Origin: Rebecca billardiae RCC1528
Taxonomy: Eukaryota > Protista > Haptophyta
Length of the DNA: 64,000 bases
Assembly (NCBI GenBank): GCA_965240325.2
Contig: OZ251223.1
Coordinates: 372,001-436,000 of the forward strand
Reading direction: 5' to 3'
Shown: in pieces, positions 22,903 through 34,700 of the stretch
How positions within the stretch are numbered: position 1 is the first letter of the stretch
How the letters are laid out: each line of letters starts with the position of its first letter
Translations under genes and position numbers: made by a program
The notes under the pieces: generated by a model
What the model saw: only the letters and a program-made list of their open reading frames with translations
The model's database searches: none
Told to the model about the DNA's origin: nothing

Positions 22903-25841
22903 TCACGCGCCCGCGGCGACCGCGCGCCGCTGCACGATCGCCTCGGCGCCGACGGCCGGGCTGTATGGCCGGAGCGCGGGGCGCACGTACGAGGCGTCCG
23001 CCGCGGCCGCGCCCAGCTCTGCGAACGCGTCCACCTGCACGATGGCGTCGCGCGCCGCCTCGACCGAGTCGAGGAAGGCGGACTCCTCAGCGGTCGGCTG
23101 CCGCTGCTCGCGCTTGAGCACGCGCCGCAGCGCGTCCGCCTCGACCGCGCGCGGCATCCAGTCGCGCAGCATCGTGATGCGCGCGCGCTCGTCCGCGGGG
23201 AAGAACGTGTCGTCGTGGAACAGCCGCCACACGCCCGTGTCGTGTGTGAGCAGCGACGAGGTCGCCTGCACCAGCTTGTCGTCGGGCGGCGCGTAGCTCG
23301 CGCCGAGCGCGCGCGCGGCGGTGAGTGCCATGAGCGGCCGGATCGGCGCGAGCGGGAAGTTGGTCCGGACCCCGTCGAGCGCGTCCTGGCACTCGGCGAG
23401 CAGCGAGCGCATCGAGTAGTGCATCGCCGTGCCCAGCCCGCCCACGCCCGCGCGCTCGGGGCGCGCACAGTACCACAGTGTCGCGTACCCCAGGAAGAGA
23501 GTTGACAGCGCGTCCGCGAGCCGGCCAGACACCATCTCCTCGCGCTTGAGGCCGCCGCCGAGCGACAGCGCGAGGTCGGTGGTCGCGGCGAAGGTGGCGG
23601 CGAGCCGGCGAAGCTGCGCCTCGTAGTGTGCAACGGCGGCCGAGTCGACCGTCGCCGTGTCGCCCGCGCTGCCGCGGCCAGTCTTGGGTGCGGGCGCGCT
23701 CAGCGCCGCCGCGCTCGAGCCGAGCGCGCGCACTGCCGCCGGGCGCGCGCGGCGCGAGCGAGGGAGCGGCGCGCGAGGGGCGCGCGGGTGTGAGCGCGCG
23801 GACGGCGCGCGGGCGCCACCAAGCCACTGCCCACTGACCGCCACGGGCGCGGCGCGCGCGCGCGTCGCGCGACGCAGCGCTCCCGCGGCGCGGCGCGCGG
23901 CGCGGCGCGGCGCGCGGCGCGCGGCGCGGCGCGGCGCGCGGCGCACCGACACTGGCGACGGACGAGGAGATGCCATGGCTGACCATGTTCGACAGCTCAC
24001 GGCGGAAGCCCGCCGCGTCGTCGCCCTTCTCGAGCGTGCGCATCAGCGAGTACAGGTGCGGGTGCGAGCGCGTCACGCCCTGCCCAAAGATGATGAGTGA
24101 GCGCGTGAGCGTGTTCGCGCCCTCGACCGTGATGCCTGTGAGTGGCGTGGCGCACGCGCGCGCGGTGTGGCGGGCGCAGGCGGAAGGGTGCGCGGCGCCC
24201 GGGCCGTGGCGGCGGCGCGAGGACGGGGTTGAGACAGCCGCGCGCGCCGGCCGCAGGCGGCAGCATCGGCGCGCTCACTCGCGCGCGTGCTCGACCCGCA
24301 CGCGCACGCGCACGCGCACGCGCACGCGCACGCGCACGCGCACGCGCACGCGCACAGAAGGCGCGGCGAACAGTCCAACAGCACCAGAAGCAGGCGTCAC
24401 CACCAACAACACATTGCAAGCACAGAACCCAGGGCGCGCTCCCGGACTTTCCGCCGGACTTTCCGCCGGACTTTCGTCCGGACTTCCCGCGAGGCGCGCG
24501 CGCACCGATGGGCGTCATGTTGTACCCGCCGACCAGCAGGTTGTTGGGGCCGCGCGAGATGGCGGCGCCGGCCATCACGTCCATCGCGTCGGTCACGACC
24601 TGCCGCCCGCGCTGCGTCGCCTGCTGCTTGAGCACCGCCGAGAGCACCGCGGGCGACTCGTGGTGGTCGACCATCGCCGCGACCAGGTCGGAGCCGGCCG
24701 TGCAGATGAGCGCGTTGCCGCAGATGCGCGCCACGTGCTCCTGCACGCCGCCCATCTCGGCGATGGGCACGCGGAACTGCGCGCGCAGCCGGGCGTACGC
24801 GCCGACGCTCACCGCGGCCATCGCCGAGCCCCCCGTCGCGCCCGCCGGCAGCGAGATCCCCCGCCCCTCCGAGAGCTGCTCCATTAGAAAGAGCCAGCCA
24901 TTGCCCGCCTGCGCCTGGCCGCCGAGCAGCGCCGACATCGGGATCACCACGTCGTCGCCCTCGACGGTGCCGTTCATGAAGGCGTTGCCCGCGGGGTCGT
25001 GCCGCGCGCCGATGCGCAGACCCGGGTGCGCGCGCTCGAGCAGCGCGATCGTGATCCCCTCCGCCCCCTGCCCGCCCAGCAGCCCGTCCGGATCCCGTAG
25101 GTGGAACGCCAGGCCGACGATCCCGGCGACGGGCGCGAGCGTGATGTAACGCTTCTTGAACGAGGCGAGGACCTCGAGGGCGCCGTCGGCGCGCTTGCGC
25201 ACGACGCCGTCGGCCTCGTGCATCGACGCCGCGTCCGACCCCGAGTGCGGCGCCGTCAGCGCGAAGCACGGGATCAGCTCGCCGTTCGCGAGCCGCGGCA
25301 GGTAGTTGGCGCGCTGCTCGTCTGTGCCGTACGCGATCAGCAGCTCGCCCGGGCCGAGCGAGTTGGGGACCGCGACGGTGGCGCCGGCGTTGGGCGAGGC
25401 GGACTGGACCTTGCGCAGGATCTTGGACACGGCGTACGCCGAGAACCCCTTCCCGCCCCACTCCTCGCCAATCTTGAGCGCGAAGAAGCCGTTCTGCCGG
25501 AGGTAATCCCAAACCGGCTTGGGCAGGTCGCGCGCCTCGGCGATGGCGTGGTCGTCGAGCATGGCGCACAGCGTGGCGACCTCGTGCTCCATGTACGCCT
25601 GCTCCCGCGCGCTGAGCTTCGGCTCGTACTTGCTCAGCGCCGAGAGCTGCGCGCCCCCCTCGAAGAGCGTCCGCTCGAATCCGACGCCGCCCGACTCGAG
25701 CGCCGCCTTCTCCGTGGCGGAGATCGGCGGCATCATCGACTTGGCGAGCTTGTACGCCGCGCCGAACACCGCCCGCCGCGGCTGCGCCGCGTGCAGCGCG
25801 CCGAGGCGGGCGAGCGCGCGCGCGGGCGTGCGGCGAAGCAT
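22903..25841 (-). CDS. fadE: FadE-type acyl-CoA dehydrogenase with mitochondrial-like presequence
   Basis: MPPISATEKAAL, VPNSLGPGELL, PCFALTAPHSGSDAAS, KRYITLAPVA, GRGISLP, GITVEGANTLTRSLIIFGQG. Introns 24505-24136 and 23946-23733. Confidence 0.88.
24297..24488. repeat. (GCGCAC)n hexamer run plus 12-bp (CGGACTTTCCGC) tandem in FadE intron 1
   Basis: ~9-10 hexamers at 24297-24355; ~4 dodecamers at 24442-24488. Confidence 0.85.
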
Positions 25842-26954
25842 CGGGGCGCGTGGACGGTCTTCGGCGGGGGGAGGAGCAGCTGCCCGACGACTCGGCAGCC
25901 CTTCGTCGGCGGTCCTGGACAGTTGGTCGGCTTTTCGTTCCTTTGTGTGTCCCAAACCCACGCCCAGTCGACGTCGACGTTGGTGCATTTCGTTTTTCGC
26001 ATTTTGCCAAGGCGCGCGAAGAAGCCTCGCGAGGACGGTTGAGGACGCGGCAGAAGCCGCGAGCGGGGGAAAAGACTGATGAAGACGCGGCGTTTTCAAA
26101 TCATTATTCAGGGTTTGATCAGACTCGCACCGTCACACTACGCCGATCAGAGGGGGCCGCCGTTGGTTGACGATGAGTGCCACGCGCTCCGGCCAGAATG
26201 GCTCCAGGCCGGCATCAGCGCAGTGCACGCGCAATTCGCGAACGGGACGTGCCCTTGTAGTGGCGCGGATGGCCTTGCACGCCGCGTGCACGTATGCTGA
26301 TGACCTTGGGATACCGCCTTGTCGGTGCTTGTCACTGGATGCACGTGCCTGATTGCGTGCATGCGGCCCAACGCCGGGTGCTCGGGAGTATGGACATGAC
26401 CCTCTCGAGATGACGCGCAAGGACCAATCCCCTCTTCAGCAAGATCTGAGTGGTAAGTGACCCCCCTCACCGACTACTGGCGTTTGCAGCTCCCGAGGTC
26501 GGGTTGCGTGCATGGCAGTAATCGTGCTGAACGATGCGGCCGACCCGTGTGCACCCGACAAGGAGCGTCAAGGAGTGGAGGCTGCGGGCAGCTTATGGTG
26601 ACTCAAGTCCCTCAGGAGACTGTACTCTCAGGCGTGTCCTGCGACCACACGTGCCACCCAATCGCATTGCTGGAGCGCCGATCGCTGGCGTGCGGCGCGC
26701 TTGCCTCACCTCGCACCGGCCAGAAAGCGAGCGATGGGTGTCGATTTTTACCCATGTCGTTCGGTGACAAGTACGGGTGATGAATATGCGGCCGGGCGGC
26801 CAAGCGCAAGCTTTCTATCGTGCAGTACTGGTAGACTATCTATAAGAGGATCTCGCACGATCTACTACTATTGTAACGAAAGCGGAGACGAAGGCGGCGC
26901 CATCTCGCCGCTTGAAACTGGGCGACCTTGGCACCGTCGCCCGTGACGAGAGCC

Positions 26955-29431
26955 ATGGCGCACTCTGCGGCCACGCTTGCCCTGGTCGTGCTCGCCTTCC
27001 TCGCGCAGCTTGCTAGCGCCGCCAAGCACAAGCATACTGCTCATAAGAATCCTCTCGAATCACAGGGCCAGGTCCAATTCTGCCTTTCGAATCCGAACAC
27101 GTGCACAGAACTGTGCGCGCTGCGCGCTGTCGAGGCTGCACGTGGGCTTGCGGGGAGCATGGCGCGCGAGCACGCTCGTGGTGCACGCGTGATGTCGGCA
27201 TACCCTCCAGGAAGCCGGCAGGACCACACCCACGCCCCCTTGCGATGCGCCGCCGCGCCCGACAATCACGGATATTCACCCGCGCCTCCCACCGCTCTGG
27301 CGCGCGCGCGGGCGCCTCGGCACGCAGGAATCTATTCGGAGAGTTCACTAGCACCATGCCGACCGAGGTGGGTCTAATGGCCGCCCTCACTAACATGTGC
27401 GTGCTGACGCCGCGCCGGCTGCGACCGGGCCTGTGCCGGCCACCTCCTGCGGACAGCAAGGGCCATCGCACGAGTCGTGATGGGAGGCGTGCAATGCGAC
27501 GAGATCCGTCATACGAGGCTCACGACCGCGTCTCCCCACCAAACCCTTCCGCCCCGCTGCCCCCGGGGTGCACCCAGTTACATGCTAGCGCCCAAGGTCA
27601 CCGGCACGATGCCGACCGAGGTCGGTCTACTCACGGCCCTCGCTACCATGTGAGCGCTCACGCCGGCATCGAAGGCTGGGCGGGATGCCGGGCGGCCCAC
27701 GCTGCCTGGCTCGCCTCGCTGCTCGGCGCATGCGCCCATGCGTCTCGATCAGGACGGCCGCGTGCACCCGATGGCGGCCATAGTCACCTCACAGGCGTGC
27801 AGTGTCGTTGTAGCTGACTGATCGCACCACGCACCCGCCCCACTGCACCACCATGGGGCAACGTGCGCGCGCGCGCATGGGCACACAGGGGGCTGGAAAT
27901 GACCGCGATGACTGGCTCGTTGCCGACCGAGGTGGGCATGCTGGCCGCCCTCAAGGACATGTGCGCGCTGGCGCTCGCGGCGCTTTCCACGCGCGAGCGC
28001 TGCGCCATCCGGCTGAGCGGGCGGCGTGCTTGCCGTGTGTCCCCGCTGCTAACGCTCGCCCAACTGCTCCGCGACGCACGCACACGCGGCCTTGCGAGCA
28101 AGGGCTGCTGTGCGCGCCGCGATCGCAATCGTCGCCTCGAGCGAGGCCCATCGCACGCCGCTGACAGCAGCGCGCGCCCATCCACTCGCACCCCCTGGCC
28201 GCGGTGGCGCGCGCGCGCGCACATGACTTCCTTTCGATCTCGTGCGCCACGCAGTAAGCTCAAGGACGACGGCTTCTCGGGCGCACTCCCGACCGAGCTG
28301 GGCAAGCTGGGCGCCAACCTCGCGCACATGTGCGTGCGCTGCGCACAGACGAACGGCCTGCCACGACCCGCGAGGCCGCACGCCCGCGCACGCGACGAGG
28401 CCCATCTCCTCGTGCGTGGCCGATGCCTCATGACAGCGCACGTGTCCCCACCCACGCCTCCGGCCGGGGCGTGCGCGCGCGGCGCGCAGTGACATGGGGC
28501 GGAACGCCCTTACTGGCACCGTGCCGACGGAGGTGGGGATGCTGACCAGCCTGACCTCAATGTGCGTGCTGCCCTGGCGGCATGCCGGGCGCGCGCCCGT
28601 GACGCTCGCCCGCCTTGCTTGCTCCGGCCGGCCGGCCATCCCAGATGCCACGATGATCACGAATCAATCAGCATGGCCGCCGAGCGCGCGCGCTCGGCGT
28701 GGCGAGAATCTTGCCGCGTGCGATGAGCCCCGTCATGCGACTGATGAGCGCGCGCACCCACCCGCCCGCCCGCACCTTGTCTGACCGGCTGGCGGCGCGC
28801 GCCGGTGCACCCGCTGCGTGCAGCTACATGGCCTTCAACTCGCTCAGTGGCATCGTGCCGTACGAGATCAGCAATCTGAAGCAGTTGCAAGTCAAGTGCG
28901 CGCTGCCGCGCTCAGCAGCCCGCGCGCCAAACCGCGGCCGGGCGAGCCGCTGGGTGCCCTTGGCATTCGCCCGGCATGCTGCTCCGCACCCATGCCCATC
29001 GCGCGCACGGGGCAGCCCCCCCACGCGCGCCGTGCGACGAGCATCGCGCCGTGCGATTGCCGCGGGGCCAGCCACGATGTGCAGCCGATGGTCAGCAGCG
29101 CGCACCCACTCATCCGCACCTGCGGGACCGGGTCTGGACTGGCGCGCGTGCGCGCGCGCGGGCGCGCAGGTGGCGGCCAGGGCGGCCAGTCAGCTTCCAG
29201 AACAAGAACAAGAACAAGAAGGACAAGGACGAGGGCGACGAGGACAGCCTTCGGTCGGAGGGCACGCCAGCTTCTGCGCATGCTCTCGCGCTTCTCAAGT
29301 CGGCGGGCCGCACGCCAGCGCTCGCAGCCATCGGCCTCATGCTGGTCGGCGTGGCCGTCGGCTTTGCGGCGGCGCGCTCGGTGGGGACTCGGCCTCGGGG
29401 GAGCCGCTCGCAGCCACCGCCGCTCGTCTGA
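26955..29431 (+). CDS. LRR receptor-like membrane protein, one LRR per exon (8 exons)
   Basis: Exons 26955-27112, 27328-27396, 27578-27649, 27889-27960, 28255-28329, 28490-28561, 28824-28895, 29170-29431; all introns GT-AG, phase 2. Signal peptide, six plant-type LRRs (..TG.(M/L/V)PTEVG.L..L), TM helix, short tail. Confidence 0.88.
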
Positions 29432-30018
29432 GCAGCGAGCTGCGGACCGCAGCCAGTGGAATGAGTTGCCGGCCTGGTACGCATTGTCAGTACACTTGCA
29501 GTACTGGCATGCCAACGGGCCGCTGACGACGGTCGTCCGAGCGCGCTACTTGAGTCGTCATCAGTGAGTGACAGTGACTATACTCATACGCTTAGGACTC
29601 CCGTCTGCCAGGCCCAGTGCCGCTGCCCCGTGGGCCGTGCGGCCCGCGCGGCCGAGCAGGCTCCTAAATAAATAAAGCGCGCGCGCATCATGGCGTCTGA
29701 CTGCGCGTACTCGAAACACGACTTATTACGACTCCGCCGATGTTGCCAGTGCCGTGGCATTGCGCGTCGTCATGATGGCCCGATGGGCGTGACGCACGCG
29801 CACTGTCATCAGCGTGCGTGGTGCCCATCCATCGGCGTCGGTGGCGCATCACGCAGGACGCTTGCTTGCAGCGCGCGCGGCATGGTGAGCAGTGAGCACC
29901 CCGCTGCCTAGTGCCTGCTGGGGGCATGGTGCGCTCCGCGGCCACGCTCGCGGTCCGGCCGAGCAGCGGCCACTCCGCGCGCGCGAACGGTCGCCCCCCG
30001 GGCGGCCACCGCCGCGCC

Positions 30019-31491
30019 TCAGCCCGCGATCGGCGGCCCCAGGTCGACCACCTTGCCGGGGTTGAGCAGGTTGTGCGGGTCGAGCGCGCGCTTGACCGCG
30101 CGCATCGCGGCGACGCCCTCGGCGCCGTGCTCCGCCTCGAGGTAGCCGAGCTTGCCCACGCCGATGCCGTGCTCCCCCGTGCACGTCCCGCCCACCGCGA
30201 GCGCGCGGCGCACCAGCCGCTCGTTCACCGCCTTCACCGCCGCCACGTACTCGGGCGGGTCGTCCTCCTTCACGCCGAGGATCACGTGGAAGTTGCCGTC
30301 GCCCGCGTGCCCAAACAGCGGCCCGCACACGTCGAAATCGGCGATGTCGCGCGCGGTCGCGCGCATCACCTCCGCGAGGCGCGAGATCGGCACGCACGCG
30401 TCAGTGACGATCCCCTTTGAGCCCGGCCGCAGCGCGAGCGACGCGTAGTACGTCGAGTGCCGCGCTGCCCACAGGTGCCGTCTCTCTGCCTCGCTAGTGG
30501 CCCATTTGAACTCGCCGCCGCCGTGCGCGCCGCAGCACTCGGCGGCGAGCTCGGCCTGCTCGGAGACCGACGCGTCGGAGATCCCCGTGAACTCGAGGAA
30601 GAGCGTGGGCACCGGCTCCAGGTCGGCCACCTCCTTCGGGTACGCGTTGAACGCCTCGATCGCCGTCGCGTCCAGCAGCTCGCACCGCGCGACCGGAATG
30701 CCGCATGCGAGGATGGATGTGACCGCGTTCGCCGCGCCGTCGAGCGTGTCGAAGGTGCACACGGCGGCGGAGCAGGCGGACGGGATGGGGTGCAGCCGCA
30801 CGCGCACCTCGGTGAGCACGGCCAGCGTCCCCTCCGAGCCCACGAGCAGCCGCGTCATGTCGTACCCCGCGCTCGACTTGCGCGCGCGCCCGCCGGTGCG
30901 CATCACCTCGCCGGACGCGAGGACGCTCGTCGTGCCCAGCACGTTCTCGCGCATCGTGCCGTACTTGACGGCGGCGGTGCCGCTCGCGCCGCACGCCGCC
31001 ATGCCGCCGATCGACGCGTCCGCGCCCGGGTCGATGGGGAAGTACAGCCCGGTGTGCCGCAGCTCCGCGTTGAGCGCGTTGCGCGTGACGCCTGCCTGCA
31101 CGAGCGCGTCAAAATCTTCCTCGTTCGCCTCGACGACCTGGTTCATCTCGGAGAGGTCGAGGCACACGCCGCCGTGGATCGCCTGGATGTGGCCCTCGAG
31201 GGACGTCCCCGTGCCGAACGGGATCACCGGCACGCGCGCCTCCGCGCACAGCCGGACGATCGCCGCCACCTCCTCTGTCGAGGTCGCGAACGCGACCGCC
31301 TGCGGCGGGATGGCGGCGTGGTGCGACTCGTCGTCGCCGTGGCGCTCGAGGATGGTGGGGTTGACGCTCACGCGGGTGCACGCCCCCTCCAGCCGGCCGA
31401 GCAGAGGCGCGCTGAGTGCGCTGTACGCCCTCGACCCCTTGGCTCGCCGCGCGGCAAGGATAGTGCGCGCCGTCCACGCCGCCGCCGGCAT
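30019..31491 (-). CDS. LDHD: D-lactate dehydrogenase (FAD-binding oxidoreductase type 4), mitochondrial
   Basis: PFGTGTSLEGH, FPIDPGADASIGGM, KSSAGYD, GSEGTL, GHAGDGNFH, GEHGIG, DP..LLNPGK. Confidence 0.92.
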   Translation of the reverse strand: MPAAAWTARTILAARRAKGSRAYSALSAPLLGRLEGACTRVSVNPTILERHGDDESHHAAIPPQAVAFATSTEEVAAIVRLCAEARVPVIPFGTGTSLEGHIQAIHGGVCLDLSEMNQVVEANEEDFDALVQAGVTRNALNAELRHTGLYFPIDPGADASIGGMAACGASGTAAVKYGTMRENVLGTTSVLASGEVMRTGGRARKSSAGYDMTRLLVGSEGTLAVLTEVRVRLHPIPSACSAAVCTFDTLDGAANAVTSILACGIPVARCELLDATAIEAFNAYPKEVADLEPVPTLFLEFTGISDASVSEQAELAAECCGAHGGGEFKWATSEAERRHLWAARHSTYYASLALRPGSKGIVTDACVPISRLAEVMRATARDIADFDVCGPLFGHAGDGNFHVILGVKEDDPPEYVAAVKAVNERLVRRALAVGGTCTGEHGIGVGKLGYLEAEHGAEGVAAMRAVKRALDPHNLLNPGKVVDLGPPIAG

Positions 31492-31540
31492 GCTGCGGGC
31501 CAAGAATGACGGCGCGCGCAGAAGAGTCACTACAAAAAGT

Positions 31541-33160
31541 CTCCGCCAGCGGAGCATCCGGGCAAGGGGCCCAGACCCTCCGCCGGCGGAGATTTTTGTG
31601 GCCACGAAAAATCCCCGCTGGCGGAGCATGGAATGCTCCGCTGGCGGAGCCTGGGCTTGCAGGAATGACACAACAAACGTACTAGTTATGGTATCAGAAG
31701 TCTGTCAACCACCGAACAGCAGTCACCTCCGCTGGCGGAGCTCGCTAATGAGCCATGCCTTTTGTAAACTAATACACTCGGCACTTGAACTGAGCTCCGC
31801 TGGCGGAGCTTCGGGGGCGCCGAATGCCATTCTTGATGACCCACCTGACTTGAACTGAGCTCCGCTGGCGGAGCGTCGGTGGTCAGCGCCGTGTGTCATA
31901 TCGGAGAAATAATGCTAAGCCTTTCAACGCATTCATACTCTGCTGTGCCACACATTCAACCTCCGCTGGCGGAGCTCACTGGCCTATTCGACTTGAACTG
32001 AGCTCCACTGGTGGAGCCTCGGCTGCGCCGAATGTCCTTAATCGATGACCCACTCTCGACTTGAGCTGAGCTCCCCTGGCGGAGCTTTGGTGGCGCCGCA
32101 TGTCATATTGGAGTAACGCGGAAGCGTCAACCGTAGTCATATCTATATTGAGACTCAACCTCCGCTGGCGGAGCTCGCGGACCTACTAGTATTCAACTTT
32201 AACTGAGCTCCGCTGGCGGAGCCTCGGCTGTGTCGAATGTCCTTATCGATGGCCGACGTCTTGACTTGAGCTGAGCTCCGCTGGCGGAGCTTTGGTGGCG
32301 CCGCATGCCATTTATGGGAATAATGTGAAGCCGTTAACCATAATCATATCCATATTGACACTCAACCTCCGCTGGCGGAGCTCACGGACCTATTCGACTT
32401 GAGCTGAGCTCCACTGGCGGAGCTTTGGTGGCGCCGCATATCATATTGGAGTAATGCGAAGCCGTCAACCGTAATCATACGTATCCATATTGATACTCAA
32501 CCTCCGCTGGCGGAGCTCACTGGCCTATTCGACTTGAACTGAGCTCCGCTGGCGGAGCCTCGGCTCCGCCGAATGTCCTTATCGATGGCCCACGTCTTGA
32601 CTTGAGCTGAGCTCCGCTGGCGGAGCTTTGGTGGCGCCGCATGTCATATTGGAGTAATGCAAAGCCATTAACTACCGTAATCATATCCATATTGACACTC
32701 AACCTCCGCTGGCGGAGCTCGCGGGCCTATTCAACTTGAACTGAGCTCCGCTGGCGGAGCCTCGGCTGCGCCGAATGTCCTTATCGATGGCCCACTTGAC
32801 TTGAGCCGAGCTCCGCTGGCGGAGCTTTGGTGGCGCCGCATGTCATATTGGAGTAATGCAAAGCCGTTAACTACCGTAATCATATCCATATTGACACTCA
32901 ACCTCCGCTGGCGGAGCTCGCGGGCCTATTCAACTTGAACTGAGCTCCGCTGGCGGAGCCTCGGCTGCGCCGAATGTCCTTATCGATGGCCCACGACTTG
33001 ACTTGAGCTGAGCTCCGCTGGCGGAGCTTTGGTGGCGCCGAATGTCATATTGGAGTAATGCGAAGTCGTTAACCGTAATACTATCCATATTGACACTCAA
33101 CCTCCGCTGGCGGAGCTCACGGACGTATTCAACTTGAACTGAGCTCCGCTGGCGGAGCCT
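31541..33160. repeat. Left subterminal array of the palindrome GAGCTCCGCTGGCGGAGCTC in ~200-bp higher-order units
   Basis: ~26 copies of ctccgctggcggag or variants; unit starts near 31958, 32157, 32364, 32499, 32701, 32901, 33099. Confidence 0.92.
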
Positions 33161-33789
33161 CTGCTTGTGGTTTGCTGCAATTGGGGCTGGGCAGCCTGGG
33201 CTCAGCATGGGGCAGCTGTTCACAGCCCAGGCGGGGCGTCACCGCCTGTGAGCCGTCGGTGGGCAGGGCCGACGGCGTCGCAGAGCTCATGCGTGGGAGC
33301 AGCGCGTCGAGGAAGCGATCAAGGTCGAGAAGGAAGGGGCAAGCAGCAGGGGCTGCCTGTACGTTTGTACATGCCTCCACACCGGTGCACATCACCCTTG
33401 CTCACTGCAGTCGTGAACAGTGCTGCCACTCATCTCATCATCGCTCACCATGCAGTGACGGCCGAGCTGCGGCGAACTCTCACAGGCACCGAACACGCAT
33501 CGGCTGTGCCCGCTGGTGCTGGTATGCGCTGTCCTCTACTTGCTGTCGGACAGCAAGGAGACGGCACAGCCGCATCTGCGAGCGGGCGAGGTGATGCTGT
33601 CCAGTGTCCTCTGCTCAGCGAGGCTGAGAGGCTGAGCACGGATCACGGATAGTGAGCCCTGGTATCTCAACGCATCCAGGAGAGCAGTTGGTGCATGCCT
33701 GTGCTCAGACGTGCAGGACCAACCATCCGGTGCTGATTCAAGCACCCGCGCCAACAGCGGCGGCACTCAACTCCACGCTGCTGATGCGG

Positions 33790-34700
33790 CCGCACAGCTG
33801 CAGGGATGGTACCACGGCGGGCGACGGCGGGCGCTGCAGCTGGCAGCTCGGTGGTGCCTGCCCGAGGGGCCTGGGCGCCGGGCGCACCGAGCGCGATGAC
33901 GCCTCTCGCATCGCCTAGCGCGCTGGAGCCGCTGTCATCCGATGCTGCTGTGCCCGCGCCCAGCTTGGGCTGCAGCAGCTGCGCTCGACTCCGCGCCGAG
34001 TGCGGCGGCAGCAGCGGGGATGGTGCCACCGCGGGCTGCGGCAGGCGCTGCGGCTGGCAGCTCGGTGGTGCGCGCCCGATGGGCCTGGGCGCTGGGCACA
34101 GCGAGCGCGGTGACGCTGCTCGCCTCGCCCAGCGCGCTGGAGCCGCTGCCATCGCGCGCTGCGCTGCCCGCGCCCAGCTTGGGCTGCCGCAGCTGCACTC
34201 AACTCCTCGCCGAGTGCGGCGGCAGCAGCAGGGATGGTACCACGCGGGCGGCGGCTATCACTTTGGCTGGCAGCTCGGTGGTGCCTGCCCGAGGGGCCTG
34301 GGCGGTGGACGCACCGAGCGCGATGACGTTGCTCGCCTCGCCCAGCGCGCTGGAGCCGCTGCCATCCGGCGCTGCGGTGTCCGCGGCTCCGCGCCCCGCC
34401 GGGGCAGCTAGCTGTCACAGCTGGCAGCTGCGCTCGACTCCGCGCCAGTGGGAGGGATGATGCCTCGGCGGGTGGTGGCGGTCGATGCAGCTGGCAGCTC
34501 GGTGGTGCGCGCCCGAGGGGCGTGACCGGCCTAGGCAGCAGCAGCTGCGCTGGACTCCGCGCCGATTGTGGCTGCAGCAGCAGGGAAGGCGCCACTGGCT
34601 GCGGCGGAGGTGGATGCAGCGATCAGCTCGGTTGTGTGCGCGCGAGGGGCCTGGGCGGCAGACGCGCCCAATGCGGTGACGCCGATGCACGCGTCCGATA
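33790..34700. repeat. ~214-bp GC-rich tandem units in the inner left arm (mirrored at ~35560-36430)
   Basis: ggcagctcggtggtgc recurs at 33842, 34056, 34269, 34493. Confidence 0.8.

Noticed and set aside
31541-33160. CRISPR-like array (palindromic repeat with spacers)
   Set aside because: Spacers recur in a fixed ~200-bp cycle, there are no cas genes, the context is eukaryotic, and the array lies inside CACTA termini
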